The notes under the pieces were generated by a model that saw only the letters and a program-made list of their open reading frames with translations, was not told where the DNA came from and did no database searches. Made by a program: the position numbers and the translations under genes. DNA of 64,000 nucleotides from Ylistrum balloti (taxonomy: Eukaryota): the NCBI RefSeq assembly GCF_031769215.1, contig NW_026781913.1:558001-622000 (forward strand), given 5' to 3'. Positions 11,001-23,900 of the stretch are shown here, piece by piece. Numbering within the stretch: position 1 is the stretch's first letter; every line of letters starts with the position of its first letter.

Positions 11001-14000
11001 AGACTGTGAGACACATACATACCACCAGTATAGTACCGTGAGACTGTGAGACACATACATACCACCAGTATAAGTACAGTGAGACTGTGAGACACATACA
11101 TACCACCAGTATAGTACAGTGAGACACATACATACCAACAGTATAAGTACAGTGAGACTGTGAGACACATACATACCAACAGTATAAGTACAGTGAGACT
11201 GTGAGACACATACATACCAACAGTATAAGTACAGTGAGAATGTGAGACACACACATACCACCAGTATAGTACAGTGAGATACATACATACCAACAGTATA
11301 GGTACAATTAGACTGTGAGACACATACATACCACCAGTATAAGTACAGTTAGACTGTGAGACACATACATACCACCAGTATAAGTACAGTGAGACTGTGA
11401 GACACATACATACCAAGAGTATAGTACAGCGAGACTGTGAGACACATACATACCAACAGTATAAGTACAGTGAGACTGTGAGACACATACATACCACCAG
11501 TATAGTACAGTGAGACACATACATACCAACAGTATAAGTACAGTGAGACTGTGAGACACATACATACCACCAGTGTAAGTACAGTGAGACTGTGAGACAC
11601 ATACATACCAACAGTATAAGTACAGTGAGAATGTGAGACACACACATACCACCAGTATAGTACAGTGAGACACATACATACCAACAGTATAGGTACAGTT
11701 AGACTGTGAGACACATACATACCGCCAGTATAAGTACAGTTAGACTGTGAGACACATACATACCACCAGTATAAGTACAGTGAGACTGTGAGACACACAC
11801 ATACCACCAGTATAGTACAGTGAGACACATACATACCAACAGTATAAGTACAGTGAGACTGTGAGACACATACATACCACCAGTATAAGTACAGTGAGAC
11901 TGTGAGACACATACATACCACCAGTATAAGTACAGTGAGACTGTGAGACACATATATACCAACTACATACCACCAGTATAAGTACACGAAGATCTGGCCA
12001 GTGTGTATGTGGCTGTATCTGCCTAGCTATAGAATCTGTACCATCATTTTCTTCACCTTTGTTCCACACAACAAACCCTCCATGTATACTCCTACAGGCA
12101 CTCCCAGATCCACATCTGGAAATATAGCATTTTAAGTGGAGAGAAATGATTGGTATTTACTCCAAGGAAATCAATACCTGAATATACAAATGTACTGCTA
12201 ATTTGACTGATTTCTGAAAACTGTGACATATCAAATTCAAGAATAAATTGGGAAAAAAGGCAAAAGTCTTTTATTGTTATATGTGTTGACAAAGTTAATC
12301 TCAGAGAACCCTGAGCATTATTAGTATGACTACCACAGGATGTTTCGCCTTACCTGGCAATGGCAGAGATATCACCATCTATATCATACAAACACTTGAG
12401 AGCATACACTGAAACAGACACAAAAACAAACTCTTCAATACAGTATCATGCTTTAAGATTTGAAAACAATCAGTCTGAGTCAGTTATTCCTGTATTTATG
12501 AACAAGCTACCAAAAAATCTTATGTATCCTTGTTGGAAAGCTTTTTCAATGACCAAAGGTCAAACACTGACTATGAATCTATTTGATTTTTGCTGTCAGA
12601 TTTCAGATAGGAGAAATATTTGCATGATATGATATTTGGATGCACTTGGCAGTTATTGAACAGACTTTGTATTGTCAAGCTTATATGGTGAGGTAGTATT
12701 TTGTAAAAGCTAAAAATGCTAAAAATAGCCTTAAATATCCATATTTTCAAGAAATGTACAGTATATATGGGCAAGAATTCTCTAATGAAATTTTAGTGTC
12801 AAAGTAGTTTATCCAATAAAAAACAAACAAAATCATGCAAGTATGGAGAATAAACATTGTTTAGATATCAAAGATGCTTTATTTTTATCGTCATATGAAA
12901 TAACAAATTGATCTAATTGATTAAATAAAAGAAAGCAGCACAAGTTGTACGCCGCCAGTGGATAAATTATAGGCAACAAGTGTGACATTTCTGCAGTAGT
13001 GAAACTCCGAGTCGTATTTATTAAATGCCTGAAGAATTGTGGTGCTGTAGAAGTTGTTAATCGACTGCAAAATGATTGGTCTATAGATAAAAACGCTTGT
13101 TTTGTACAGGATTTGATTAATGCTGCAAATAAATAGGACTGAAAATAGACCTATGTATGTAACTTTTCGCATCAACAAGCGTTACGTGCACGTTTCCCTC
13201 AGTAAATTTGTTTGGAAATGCATCATCGGCACGGCATTTGCAAATTTACGAAGTGTCAACACAACGTACAATATGATTGTCGTAATTTTCATCAATCAAC
13301 TGGAGTTTGGAAAATATATCAGGTAATAAAACATAATTAATTTTCGTGTCCAAACTACCCCAAAATACCCCCTCTGTTTGGAACAGTTGTATTTCTGTAA
13401 CAGATCGTGTAACGATAATGTTTTTTGCGATATTTTGACTCACTCCCAGTAACATTAACACATGACGATGCAGCTTTCAAAAATAGCGTCTATCGGTGTA
13501 GAGGAACTCAAGGAGACCACGGAATCTGGTAATTTTGATCACATAATGAAGTGTTACGCACACATTCGGAGTAAAATGTGATCTTTGATAATGTTGTGTG
13601 ATTTTTTCTTTGTATTTTTCAACAAAAAAAACCGAGTAGATCTGGTATTTGAAACAGGTTTGACCTCACAATAGGAATTATTTGGTGGGAACGATTTCCA
13701 TATGTATCCTTGACCCGAAAATAAATAGTTGCACGTTTTTGGTGTCAATGTTACATGCGAATATTTAAACGATATTATATTTGAGATACGTGGGAGTATA
13801 ATTATAATTTACATACAGATAGTGTATTGGGGGGCTTTTTATAGTGTCAATGTTACATGCTCTAAATTCATTAATTCTCTTTGTTCTTAACTGAAGTAAG
13901 TTTCAAAATGATTTTTTTTTACACATAGAAAGACACCATTTATAGTTATACTTCAAACAAAATTTGTAGGCTTATGAATATTTTTATCTTTTTCTTGCAA

Positions 14001-17000
14001 TGTCACACTTAGGGTTACATTAGCGAATTCTTGCCCATATGTGAAACACTGATTACCTAGACAGGCATATCCAGCAGCTGATGAGGCCAGTCCTGCTGCA
14101 GTAGGAAAGTTATTCTTTGAGCAAATATGGATTTTCCAGTTCAACTTCTCAGTATCTGTATCACGGCTACTAACCTTCCGTTTTCTGGCTCTTCTTTTAA
14201 CTGGAAATCATGTCAAAGCAATTATTACAGTATACAGCTGTGGTCAAGGTCTGAAGGACTTAATGAGAAATTTTCATCCCACTGTGGATTATTTAGTAAT
14301 ATCATGAAGTGAATTTCAAAATGCTGAAATGAAATTTTAAACTCTTGAATCTTAACTCACTTTCTCTGATGACGTTTTGAATCCTTGGGTTGTTAATGCA
14401 CTGCTCTCTGTAAAAAAAAGGAGACACTTTACAAAAACATATCACTCTGGTCACCATTTCATGCTCTTAATAAGGCTTTAAAGACAAATTAATGTATATA
14501 TCTATAGATTTTAATTGTGACTGCCATACAATGACTTTAATAGACTTTTTCTGGGGTGCTCTGAACTTATGCATTTTCAAATCTTTGCAAGTCACATACA
14601 TGCAACCAAGAGGTTATGATGGGTTCTCAAAATTTAGTCCCCTCGACAAATAAAAAATCCAGGATTCAAATAAATGTAAGAGTATCAAAAATTACTTTAG
14701 TAACAGTATTTCAAAGAGTTTGATATAACATTGCTAAACTCACTTTCCGTTGAGCCATATCCTGTCCTTCTCAAAATGGTGGCTGACAGCGACACTAGTC
14801 TGAGCTTGAAGCTGTGTGAACAAACAAGTATATAGTTATACAGGGATCAACACATAACCTAATTTTACTATGGAGGAAAGTGTGTAAGCTGAGGATTTGA
14901 TGCATTGTGTGATAATTTCTGTTATTTAATACTCAATAAAGGGAGATAATCTAATAAGATACATTCATAGAATTCACATAATTGTATATACCTCCAATAG
15001 TGAAAAAAAAAATAAAAATAATTTACCTCTATTTTGAGCTCTACTAAAATAACTTGTTTCTAAAAAATCAATAGTCTGTGCAGAACCATAGTTTCTTTTT
15101 AGAACAAATTAACATTGTCCTGTTTAAAACCTTGCTTTGGAACATTAGCAACATTTTCTTATTATCTGAAATAGTATTGAAGAATTTGCTGTGTCATATA
15201 GATCTCAAATAAATACTTCAGTGCTTCATCAAGTAAAGTGTATAACCAATTCAATCATCAACATCTAAAAATCAAGTGTAGAGTGTCTATACAACAACAA
15301 ATCTTAACAAATCAAAATCAAGTGTAGAGTGTCTATACAACAACAAATCTTAACAAATCAAAATCAAGTGTAGAGTGTCTATACAACAACAAATCTTAAC
15401 AAATCAAAATCAAGTGTAGAGTGTCTATACAACAACAAATCTTAACAAATCAAAATCAAGTGTAGAGTGTCTATACAACAACAAATCTTAACAAATCAAA
15501 ATCAAGTGTAGAGTGTCTATACAACAACAAATCTTAACAAATCAAAATCAAGTGTAGAGTGTCTATACAACAACAAATCTTAACAAATCAAAATCAAGTG
15601 TAGAGTGTCTATACAACAACAAATCTTAACAAATCAAAATCAAGTGTAGAGTGTCTATACAACAACAAATCTTAACAAATCAAAATCAAGTGTAGAGTGT
15701 CTATACAACAACAAATCTTAACAAATCAAAATCAAGTGTAGAGTGTCTATACAACAACAAATCTTAACAAATCAAAATCAAGTGTAGAGTGTCTATACAA
15801 CAACAAATCTTAACAAATCAAAATCAAGTGTAGAGTGTCTATACAACAACAAATCTTAACAAATCAAAATCAAGTGTAGAGTGTCTATACAACAACAAAT
15901 CTTAACAAATCAAAATCAAGTGTAGAGTGTCTATACAACAACAAATCTTAACAAATCAAAATCAAGTGTAGAGTGTCTATACAACAACAAATCTTAACAA
16001 ATCAAAATCAAGTGTAGAGTGTCTATACAACAACAAATCTTAACAAATCAAAATCAAGTGTAGAGTGTCTATACAACAACAAATCTTAACAAATCAAAAT
16101 CAAGTGTAGAGTGTCTATACAACAACAAATCTTAACAAATCAAAATCAAGTGTAGAGTGTCTATACAACAACAAATCTTAACAAATCAAAATCAAGTGTA
16201 GAGTGTCTATACAACAACAAATCTTAACAAATCAAAATCAAGTGTAGAGTGTCTATACAACAACAAATCTTAACAAATCAAAATCAAGTGTAGAGTGTCT
16301 ATACAACAACAAATCTTAACAAATCAAAATCAAGACTTTGAATGTTACATCCAAAAAATAATGTTTTCAGTCATGTTTACAAATATGAAGTCAGAAGAGA
16401 GGGCTTTTATGAAAATGATTCCAGATCCTTTCATTTTGAAATTATCATGAATATCAGTTACAAAAGTATGAAGACAGGATTTTGACAATGCTATATACAT
16501 GTATCAATTTTTTTGTTAAACTTTTGTGACTGTGCTGGTATGACCTTAATTACTATTGTATTTCGGTGAAAAGAAAATGCCTTGTGGAATTTTACGATAA
16601 CCGTATCTACAAGGCATGAACAAATATTCAACCTTTCATTTCTTTGATGCGATATAAGAATATTTACAAAAACCTGAATAAACTGTCATAAATTAACAAG
16701 TCCACAACACTTAACAGGTTTGATGATGTATCAATGTCATTCCACATGTATCTCAGTACCTAATGTTGATGTGACAGTATTGTTACCTGGTCCTGATGAA
16801 GAGTCACACTGACTGAAGAGTTGGCTGGAAGTATCAATGTCTCATCATTCTTACCCCCTAAATATAACAAAAAAGTATGTTTATATTGCCAGTACAAGAT
16901 CTATAAACAAAATTCAATTAATTCAGACCCTTGACACATTGGTTATCAAAAAGTTGTTTTACGATTTTAGCACATTTAACCCATATGATGTTGCAAGTTG

Positions 17001-17788
17001 GTGAAGGTCATTTATTTGAAACAAACTTTGTAGCCCTTCATCCCAGTGTACTACAAGGCAAATATCATGACTCTGGGTCTCCTTAATTCGTTTCTGATAA
17101 AGAGTCTTTTAACAATTTACAGGTATTACATTTTACCTCTGTAACCTTAGAAGTGGGTCAAGGTCACTTACAGAAATTTGGTAGCACTTCATTTCAACAT
17201 GCTACATGTAAAATATCATTATCCTAGGCCTTTTGGTTAATAAGAAAAAGATCCATGCTGGAATAGGGAATCAGAAGTAGTTATTAGGTTCACAGATATG
17301 AAATAGTTGTATTGCCCAGACATTGGTTCAAAACATTTATGTGTTTCCGAGATGAATCATATAAACTTTTGACCCGTGTAATGAACTTTTGACCTGTATG
17401 ACCTCACCCTTGAATGATTTTGTTTACTTTCTTTACAAAACAATGTTGTTGAATTGTTAAAAAAATGAAAATCAAACCAATCAAGTTGAAAGCACATCTT
17501 ATTTCTGGTTTAAGGCTTGAAACACATTTGTCACTTCCCATAAAGGAAAAAGTTCAGAATTTGGCACAAGATTATCATTCTTTGACGGGTTCATATCAAA
17601 CTATATGCATACCACGGCACAGTATACACCTACAAATATTTTATGGGTGGAAAACTAATGCACGGTTGATCTCGTATACGTGATAAGTAACGAACTATGG
17701 TTTTGTGTGCGCGTGTAATGAACGTAAACGTACAATATTTGACAACAGCAATATTCACAGGAGCAGAACATGTTACACAGTGCATCAT
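5057..17788 (-). CDS. MVD: Diphosphomevalonate decarboxylase, 11 exons, 396 aa
   Basis: Exons 17788-17734, 16857-16787, 14811-14744, 14407-14361, 14200-14057, 12408-12354, 12115-11971, 8957-8790 (GC donor), 7749-7627, 7430-7269 and 5209-5057; total 1191 nt, all phases compatible. Motifs: [64 protein letters not shown]. Confidence 0.96.
5371..6640 (-). mobile_element. HINE (DINE-1-like architecture) carrying ~6 x 156-bp satellite units
   Basis: On the minus strand: TTTTTAGCCCACCATC..GATGGTGGG hairpin/subTIR, GTCC microsatellite, units starting at 5727/5883/6039/6195/6351/6507, and 3' ATGGTGGGCGCC plus an AGATCC..GGAATCT stem-loop. Homologous to 60486-61912. Confidence 0.85.
9113..11985 (-). 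repeat. ~41-bp minisatellite (~70 copies) made of the MVD exon 7 tail plus the GTATGT donor
   Basis: Minus-strand unit GTACTTATACTGGTG|GTATGTATGTGTCTCACAGTCTCACT. The first 15 nt match the last five codons of exon 7 (VLILV). Confidence 0.97.
15269..16334. repeat. 46-bp minisatellite, ~23 apparently identical copies, in MVD intron 2
   Basis: Unit AAATCAAGTGTAGAGTGTCTATACAACAACAAATCTTAACAAATCA. Confidence 0.97.
16900..17430. mobile_element. Degenerate satellite/HINE remnant in MVD intron 1
   Basis: AAGGTCA..AAAC/ATTT(G)TAGC(C/A)CTTCAT recurs at 17004 and 17160 (156 bp apart). Confidence 0.45.
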
Positions 17789-17981
17789 TTCATCTGAGGA
17801 AGCAGTAAGCAGCCGATTCCGCTTTACTAAATCGGTGTCAAACTCACGTTCAAATCTTGAAGGTAATAATGTTTTCTTTTAAAACAGGCAGAAGACTTAG
17901 ATTGCATTTCATTCGAAAAGTTTCTATTTTTTGCTCACGTTTAAGGGCTATAATTTAAGATGTCCCGAATGGAAAACAAAA
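17789..17981. promoter_or_regulatory. Bidirectional promoter region between MVD and METTL17
   Basis: Divergent start codons (17788 minus, 17982 plus) lie 193 bp apart. The region is locally CpG-richer, and a YY1-like AAAATGGCAGCCGCC overlaps the METTL17 ATG. Confidence 0.75.
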
Positions 17982-20900
17982 ATGGCAGCCGCCATGCAGG
18001 GGCTCATGGCATCACGTCGCTTTTCATTAACATACAGTAAACTACTACACGGGATATTCCGAAGAGGGGTGAGCTTCATATTGACTTACCGGCTTGAATT
18101 CAACTACTGATTTTTTGTTCAATCAATATTTATCAATGATTAAGTTAAGTTGAAAACGGTTGCAAATATCAGCATCTACTGGTCCATGTTTCAAGTCCGT
18201 GGTTATCTGATTATATGTCCCTGTCCCCACTCAGAGAATAAAAATCCTTTCAACTCTAAATATTGGGATACCGTTTTTGATATGTATGTTCTCATTATCT
18301 TGGCACCAGAGCATACTCACCAGTTGGCTGTTCTCTGCTTGGGGAAAATATTTTTATACATGTTGGTAGGGCGTTCAAACAAACTTAGAGACTTTTGAAT
18401 TGGCCGCTTAGTTTATAATAATAGAAGTGCAATATCTTTATTCTTTGCCATGACTATATATTTACAGTATGCACAGGATGAACTTCAGTTCCCCTCTGAT
18501 ATCAACATTGAAGAAGAAGTTTTACAAAGGATGGAAAAGGAGAATATTAAGAGAAGAAAACATCCAGGTCGTTTTGCACAAAATAAATTGCTTCCTCTGC
18601 CTACAAAGTTAGTGGATGGTGTAGATATAGTTATGCAAAGTAAGTACAAATGCTGGTAACCAAATATGGTAGATTCTTGGTAAATGTTGGTGAAAAATTC
18701 TGCTCTTATAATCTATAACACAATTGTAATGTTCAATATGCAATATTGTCCTTTTCTTGATCAGTTTTATTTGGGACCAGGTTTTCAGAGGGGTTCATGT
18801 AATATTTTGAATCAGTGAACTCTTTAATATGCCTGTCACACAAAATTAATAGGCTACGGTATACCTGCACTATGATGTTGTCCAGAAAACTTTTGTTTTT
18901 TTGCCCAGAAATTTCTTCTATTATTTTTAAGATATCTTTTTTTGAGCTTGATAGGCTTTTTAAACTAAAAAACAACAGGAATTTGTGGGTTTCTTTTTTC
19001 AATTAACAGTCTGAATCAAGGATATCCAAAACAGGAATTGTATTTTGTCCATAGTTAGCTCTTTGATCTTCTCCAGAGACCTTCTCTTTTAGTTTTAAAA
19101 ATAAGGAAAATTGTTCTGTCAATGTCTTCTTCGAAATGTTTTATATGGTCTCTTTTGGACTTGGATGGTTTTATCATCATGTCATGTAGTTGTGCTTCTC
19201 TGATTAGTATATTGATGCAATGATTTTGTGAAGGAGTTATTGCCCTTTATCTTTTTCAGCATTTATGGTAGAATTCCTTTCTCAGTTTCCAACCTATTTC
19301 TTTGAATTTTATGGCAATATGATAATAACATAAGCTTATTTCTCCTTAGTTTTTTAGTTGCATTTAGATTGGGAAACAATTATCAAAGTTGTACTATAAG
19401 GTACCTTCACCATTTTGAATCCTCTTTTTCAGTTAACACAAATGCCATCTGAACTGATGATTATATTTGTGGGGGAACTATGTAGAGGTGTGATGATTAT
19501 TTACAGTGATATTTTTTTTCTTTCATTTTTTGTTATTTTAAGATAGAAAAGGGTAAAATAGGTGTGTCTAGTGAGTGAGTTTGAGGGTTTCAGGGTTATG
19601 TTGTGAATGTGTGACAAGGAGACCTCCAGTGTAGTGCTTTGTACTGCTGCCACTGGTAAAGAGTTCCACTGTGTTGTTGTGTGTGGGAAGAATGAATATT
19701 TGTAAGTGTCCTTGATAGCAGGTATGTATTTGTAAGTGTGAGGGTGTGCTTGTCTTGTCCATGGGTCTGTGTGATGTGAATGAATAATGTGTTGAACTTT
19801 TTGCATGGACTGGGCTTATATTGTTTGACCTGAAGAACTGTTCTTTGTGCTTCAGGAATATGTCATTAAAAGATTGTAAACAAAAGTTTTGAAAGAAGGA
19901 ATAAAGCTCAAGTGAACTGTCTGATTTGTATTACATTATGTATACATGAACTTAAGTTTATAAGTGAACACCATCTCAATATTTTGTTATAGAGTATGGC
20001 AGGAAATCTACACCGGAGGAAGCAAAGAAACTGGACAATAGTATTACAGGTCGCCATCCTCCACCAGAACCTGAAGTGTTGCGAGAAAAAGTGTCCATGA
20101 TTAACCAAAAACTGGATAAAAAAAGTATAAATATACACAGTGACTTATATGTGATGGATAAGCTATATGTATTTCTTTACTTAAAGTGCCATAGCTTGGT
20201 GTTGCTGAGCTGTTTCATTTTGCTGAAACAAACATTAGATAGCAGTATGTGTATATAGGGAAATATCCTAAAATGGTTCTTTTTCATTATTTATTATTAT
20301 TATTGTAAAATAATATTTGTATTAATCTCATCAACTCATTATTACTAATATAATGATGTGCATGAAGTAACAAGTAGATTTGAAGTTGTGGCTCTTGACG
20401 ATAAAGTATCTACATCAGAAACATAGTAAGTGGAACTTCTGGTGCACTACATGTTGGATTACAGATTGATAACTTGACAAAGTAAAACTACATGAAATGC
20501 AGTTGTGCATCATAGATATAAACAATTCTCTCACAATTTTGAATATAGGTGAAAATGTTAATAATGTTTGTTGTGGAAAAGTATTGACTTTTTTTATTTG
20601 TTTGTGTTTCAGATAAAAGAGATCCATCAACTATGAGCGAGGAAGAACGACAAACATTTCTGGTAAACAGAAAAAGTAAAATACAGCAGATTCTCCGACA
20701 TACCACTCACTTACAGAAATCTATAGAGTAAGGCTATTGCTATTGTAGAAAAAGCTTCGACATAACACTCACTTACAGAAATCTATAGAGTAAGGCTATT
20801 GTTATTGTAGAAAAACTCTTCACCTCAAAAGGTTATTGGAAAAAGTTAATGTATTGTACCAGACTATATGCTAGAAAATTAATGGAGTCAGTAAATTTGC

Positions 20901-23900
20901 ATAGAACTATAAAATTATGTATAATGGTGTGCATTGTGTAGTATTAAAATGTGTTTTTTTTTCTTTTTCTTTATATAGAATATTTTATCAACGGAAAACA
21001 GGATGTTATTCTATGTTGTGTGTCTGAAATAAATATCTGTTGATTTATATGTACAGAGTATCATGTTGTAGTGTTTTGATTGGTTGATGTAACTGATCAT
21101 TAATTCTGTGAATTTTTCAGCTACACAGGTTACAACACCATAGTCTATCTCCTTGCTCGTGTGTCCAAGAATTACAATATCATTCGCACCTGTCTGTCTG
21201 AGGTACGTACACTAGATTTCCTCCTGTTATCATCACCAACACATATGTACCGATTATTACAACCTACACGCCTTCCAGTCCTTTTGTTTATTTTTGACCT
21301 GTCATCTGTTGTTGTAGATAGAGAAGAGAGATCCAGGTTTTTTGCCAAGTGCTGTCTATAATTTTGGAAGTGGACTTGGAACAGCAGTATGGTGAGGACT
21401 TGGTATTAAGATTGTCTTATGGAAATGAAGTTTTTTCGTTTTTCTTGATAATATTTAGGACGCTTTGGATTTTGTATAAATATTATCTATGAGAGAAGCA
21501 CTAATTGTGGAGACAAAATAAATTCATTTCTATATTTAGCTGAAATTTTATACAAAAAAAACCCTGTAACTATATGTAGATAGATAAAGTGAAACAACTG
21601 TCATTTTGAACATTATTGATGCATAGTTGATTTCACATTAAAGTAAGGTAAACATTGAAACACTGTCATTTATCTAATACTGAAGAAATTTCCTGAGGAT
21701 GATGAGCAGACAGACTGGGATCTAGCAGACAGACTGGGATCTAGCAGACAGACTGGGATCTAGCAGACAGACTGGGATCTAGCAGACAGACTGGGATCTA
21801 GCAGACAGACTGGGATCTAGCAGACAGACTGGGATCTAGCAGACAGACTGGGATCTAGCAGACAGACTGGGATCTAGCAGACAGACTGGGATCTAGCTGA
21901 CAGACTGGGATCTAGCAGACAGACTGGGATCTAGCAGACAGACTGGGATCTAGCTGACAGACTGGGATCTAGCAGACAGACTGGGATCTAGCAGACAGAC
22001 TGGGATCTAGCAGACAGACTGGGATCTAGCTGACAGACTGGGATCTAGCAGACAGACTGGGATCTAGCAGACAGACTGGGATCTAGCAGACAGACTGGGA
22101 TCTAGCAGACAGACTGGGATCTAGCTGACAGACTGGGATCTAGCAGACAGACTGGGATCTAGCAGACAGACTGGGCTGATTTGTTCCAGCTAGCCCAGCA
22201 CAAAATTACAGAAAGACTCAATAGAAAAAACCTTTAGAAGAAGATAGGAATTAAATTTTTTAATTCAAAACCAAAACTATTCAGAGATTTGCCATATTGA
22301 CTGTTGAAATAGGTGGTGACAAATGTGTGACTTCTGGGTTTTATGTTATTGTCTGCATTAATTAATGAGATATCATTATCGTCCCAAATTTTACTTATCT
22401 TCATTTATTTGATATCTATATCTCGACATTACTTTGGAATTCCTCCATGATTCAAAACATTTTTCTGGTTCTGATCTATTATATTCAGGGCGTCTAACAC
22501 TGTTTGGGGGTCAGCTGTGAAACAGTATTATTGTCTGGATCCAGCTACTGATATGTCAACTCTAGCACGACTCTTACTACAGGGTAAGTCATGTCAGCTC
22601 TAATATGACTCAGAGCAAGTGATGTCAAGGACATCTGTACAGTCTGATTATCAATGACTAACTTATGAAATTCTAATCACCACAGCAGCACAGTGGAATA
22701 TTTGTCAAATAATACAATAAACAGTGATGCGATTTGTACAAAGTACCTAGTTATACTAACCAAGGTGTAACCTACTGGTACATGTTGTACCTACGGGTAC
22801 TTATACTAACCAAGTTGTAACCTACTGGTACATGTTGTACCTAGTTATACTAACAAGTTATAACATACTGGTACATGTTGTACCTAGTTATACTAACCAA
22901 GTTGTAACCTACTATTAAATGCTGTACATAATTTTGATCTATGTCTTAAAGAAAAATACTTAAAAAAATAATGAAGATGGTGATGCTTTTATGTTGTTGT
23001 CTTCAGAGGGAGATGAATTCAAAAAGATGGTGATACCTGGAGTATTTTTCAGAAACAAGCCACCATCTCATACCTCTGTAAGTAGTACTCTGCCTTAGTG
23101 TTGTCCTTGTTTTCAGCATCAGGATCAGGAAAAAGTTCTGTAAGCTCACCCCTATCTATAACTTTAAAATGGAATATCCCACAAATACCACATGATTGTT
23201 TTATAAGCTCACCCCTAACTATAACTTTTCTGTGGAATATCCTACAAATACCACATTTGTTCTGTAAGCACACACATATTTGTAACTTTTCAATAGAAAT
23301 CCCATTCAGGAACTCCAGGTATGGTGAGAATTGAAAGTCCTGTTATAATGGGTGACATATTGATTTCCATGTTATTTGATAATGACATTTGTGAATGCAG
23401 AATTTTATAGGGGAAAAACAGAAAAGGAAAAAAAAAACTTGATAGTATGTGCCATTAGATAAAAACACTGATAATTTTTTTTGGACTTTGATTTAATTTT
23501 AATTTAAATGTCTTTGTAAAACTAATTACAACAATATACATGTTCAATATTATATCTTCTTCCATGGTTTCCAGCTGCCGTTTCCACTGGTTGTAAGTGC
23601 TTTTACATTGCTTGAACAGCCCAGCAAGATAAAACGTCTGGAGCTCATCGAGCACCTGTGGAACATGACGTCTGATTACCTGGTAACTATGTTTAAAATT
23701 TCTTTTCAAAGAATTTTTAGTAGTGGAAAATGATAGGTCAGACAGCTAGAAGCATTGGTATACACTGACTGTCCGTTCTCACAGAGATGTCATTATTCAC
23801 ACAGAGATGTCATTATGATATATCATAAACATTTGTATTTACTGATATTTATTAACATGGTATTATGTTAAGCTTCTCCTGTCAGGGGTGTATTTAGTTC

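Noticed and set aside
9011-12069. Many long minus-strand ORFs (up to 755 aa)
   Set aside because: They are translations of the 41-bp array, open in several frames, and lie inside MVD intron 7.
12920-13900. CpG-richer island in MVD intron 5, possibly a transposon remnant
   Set aside because: No TIRs, TSD or coding motifs could be identified by eye.
23078-23139. Possible METTL17 micro-exon 23117-23139 (AG..GTAAGC)
   Set aside because: The upstream intron would be only 39 nt, the 23-nt exon would shift the frame, and exon 8 joins exon 9 in phase without it.
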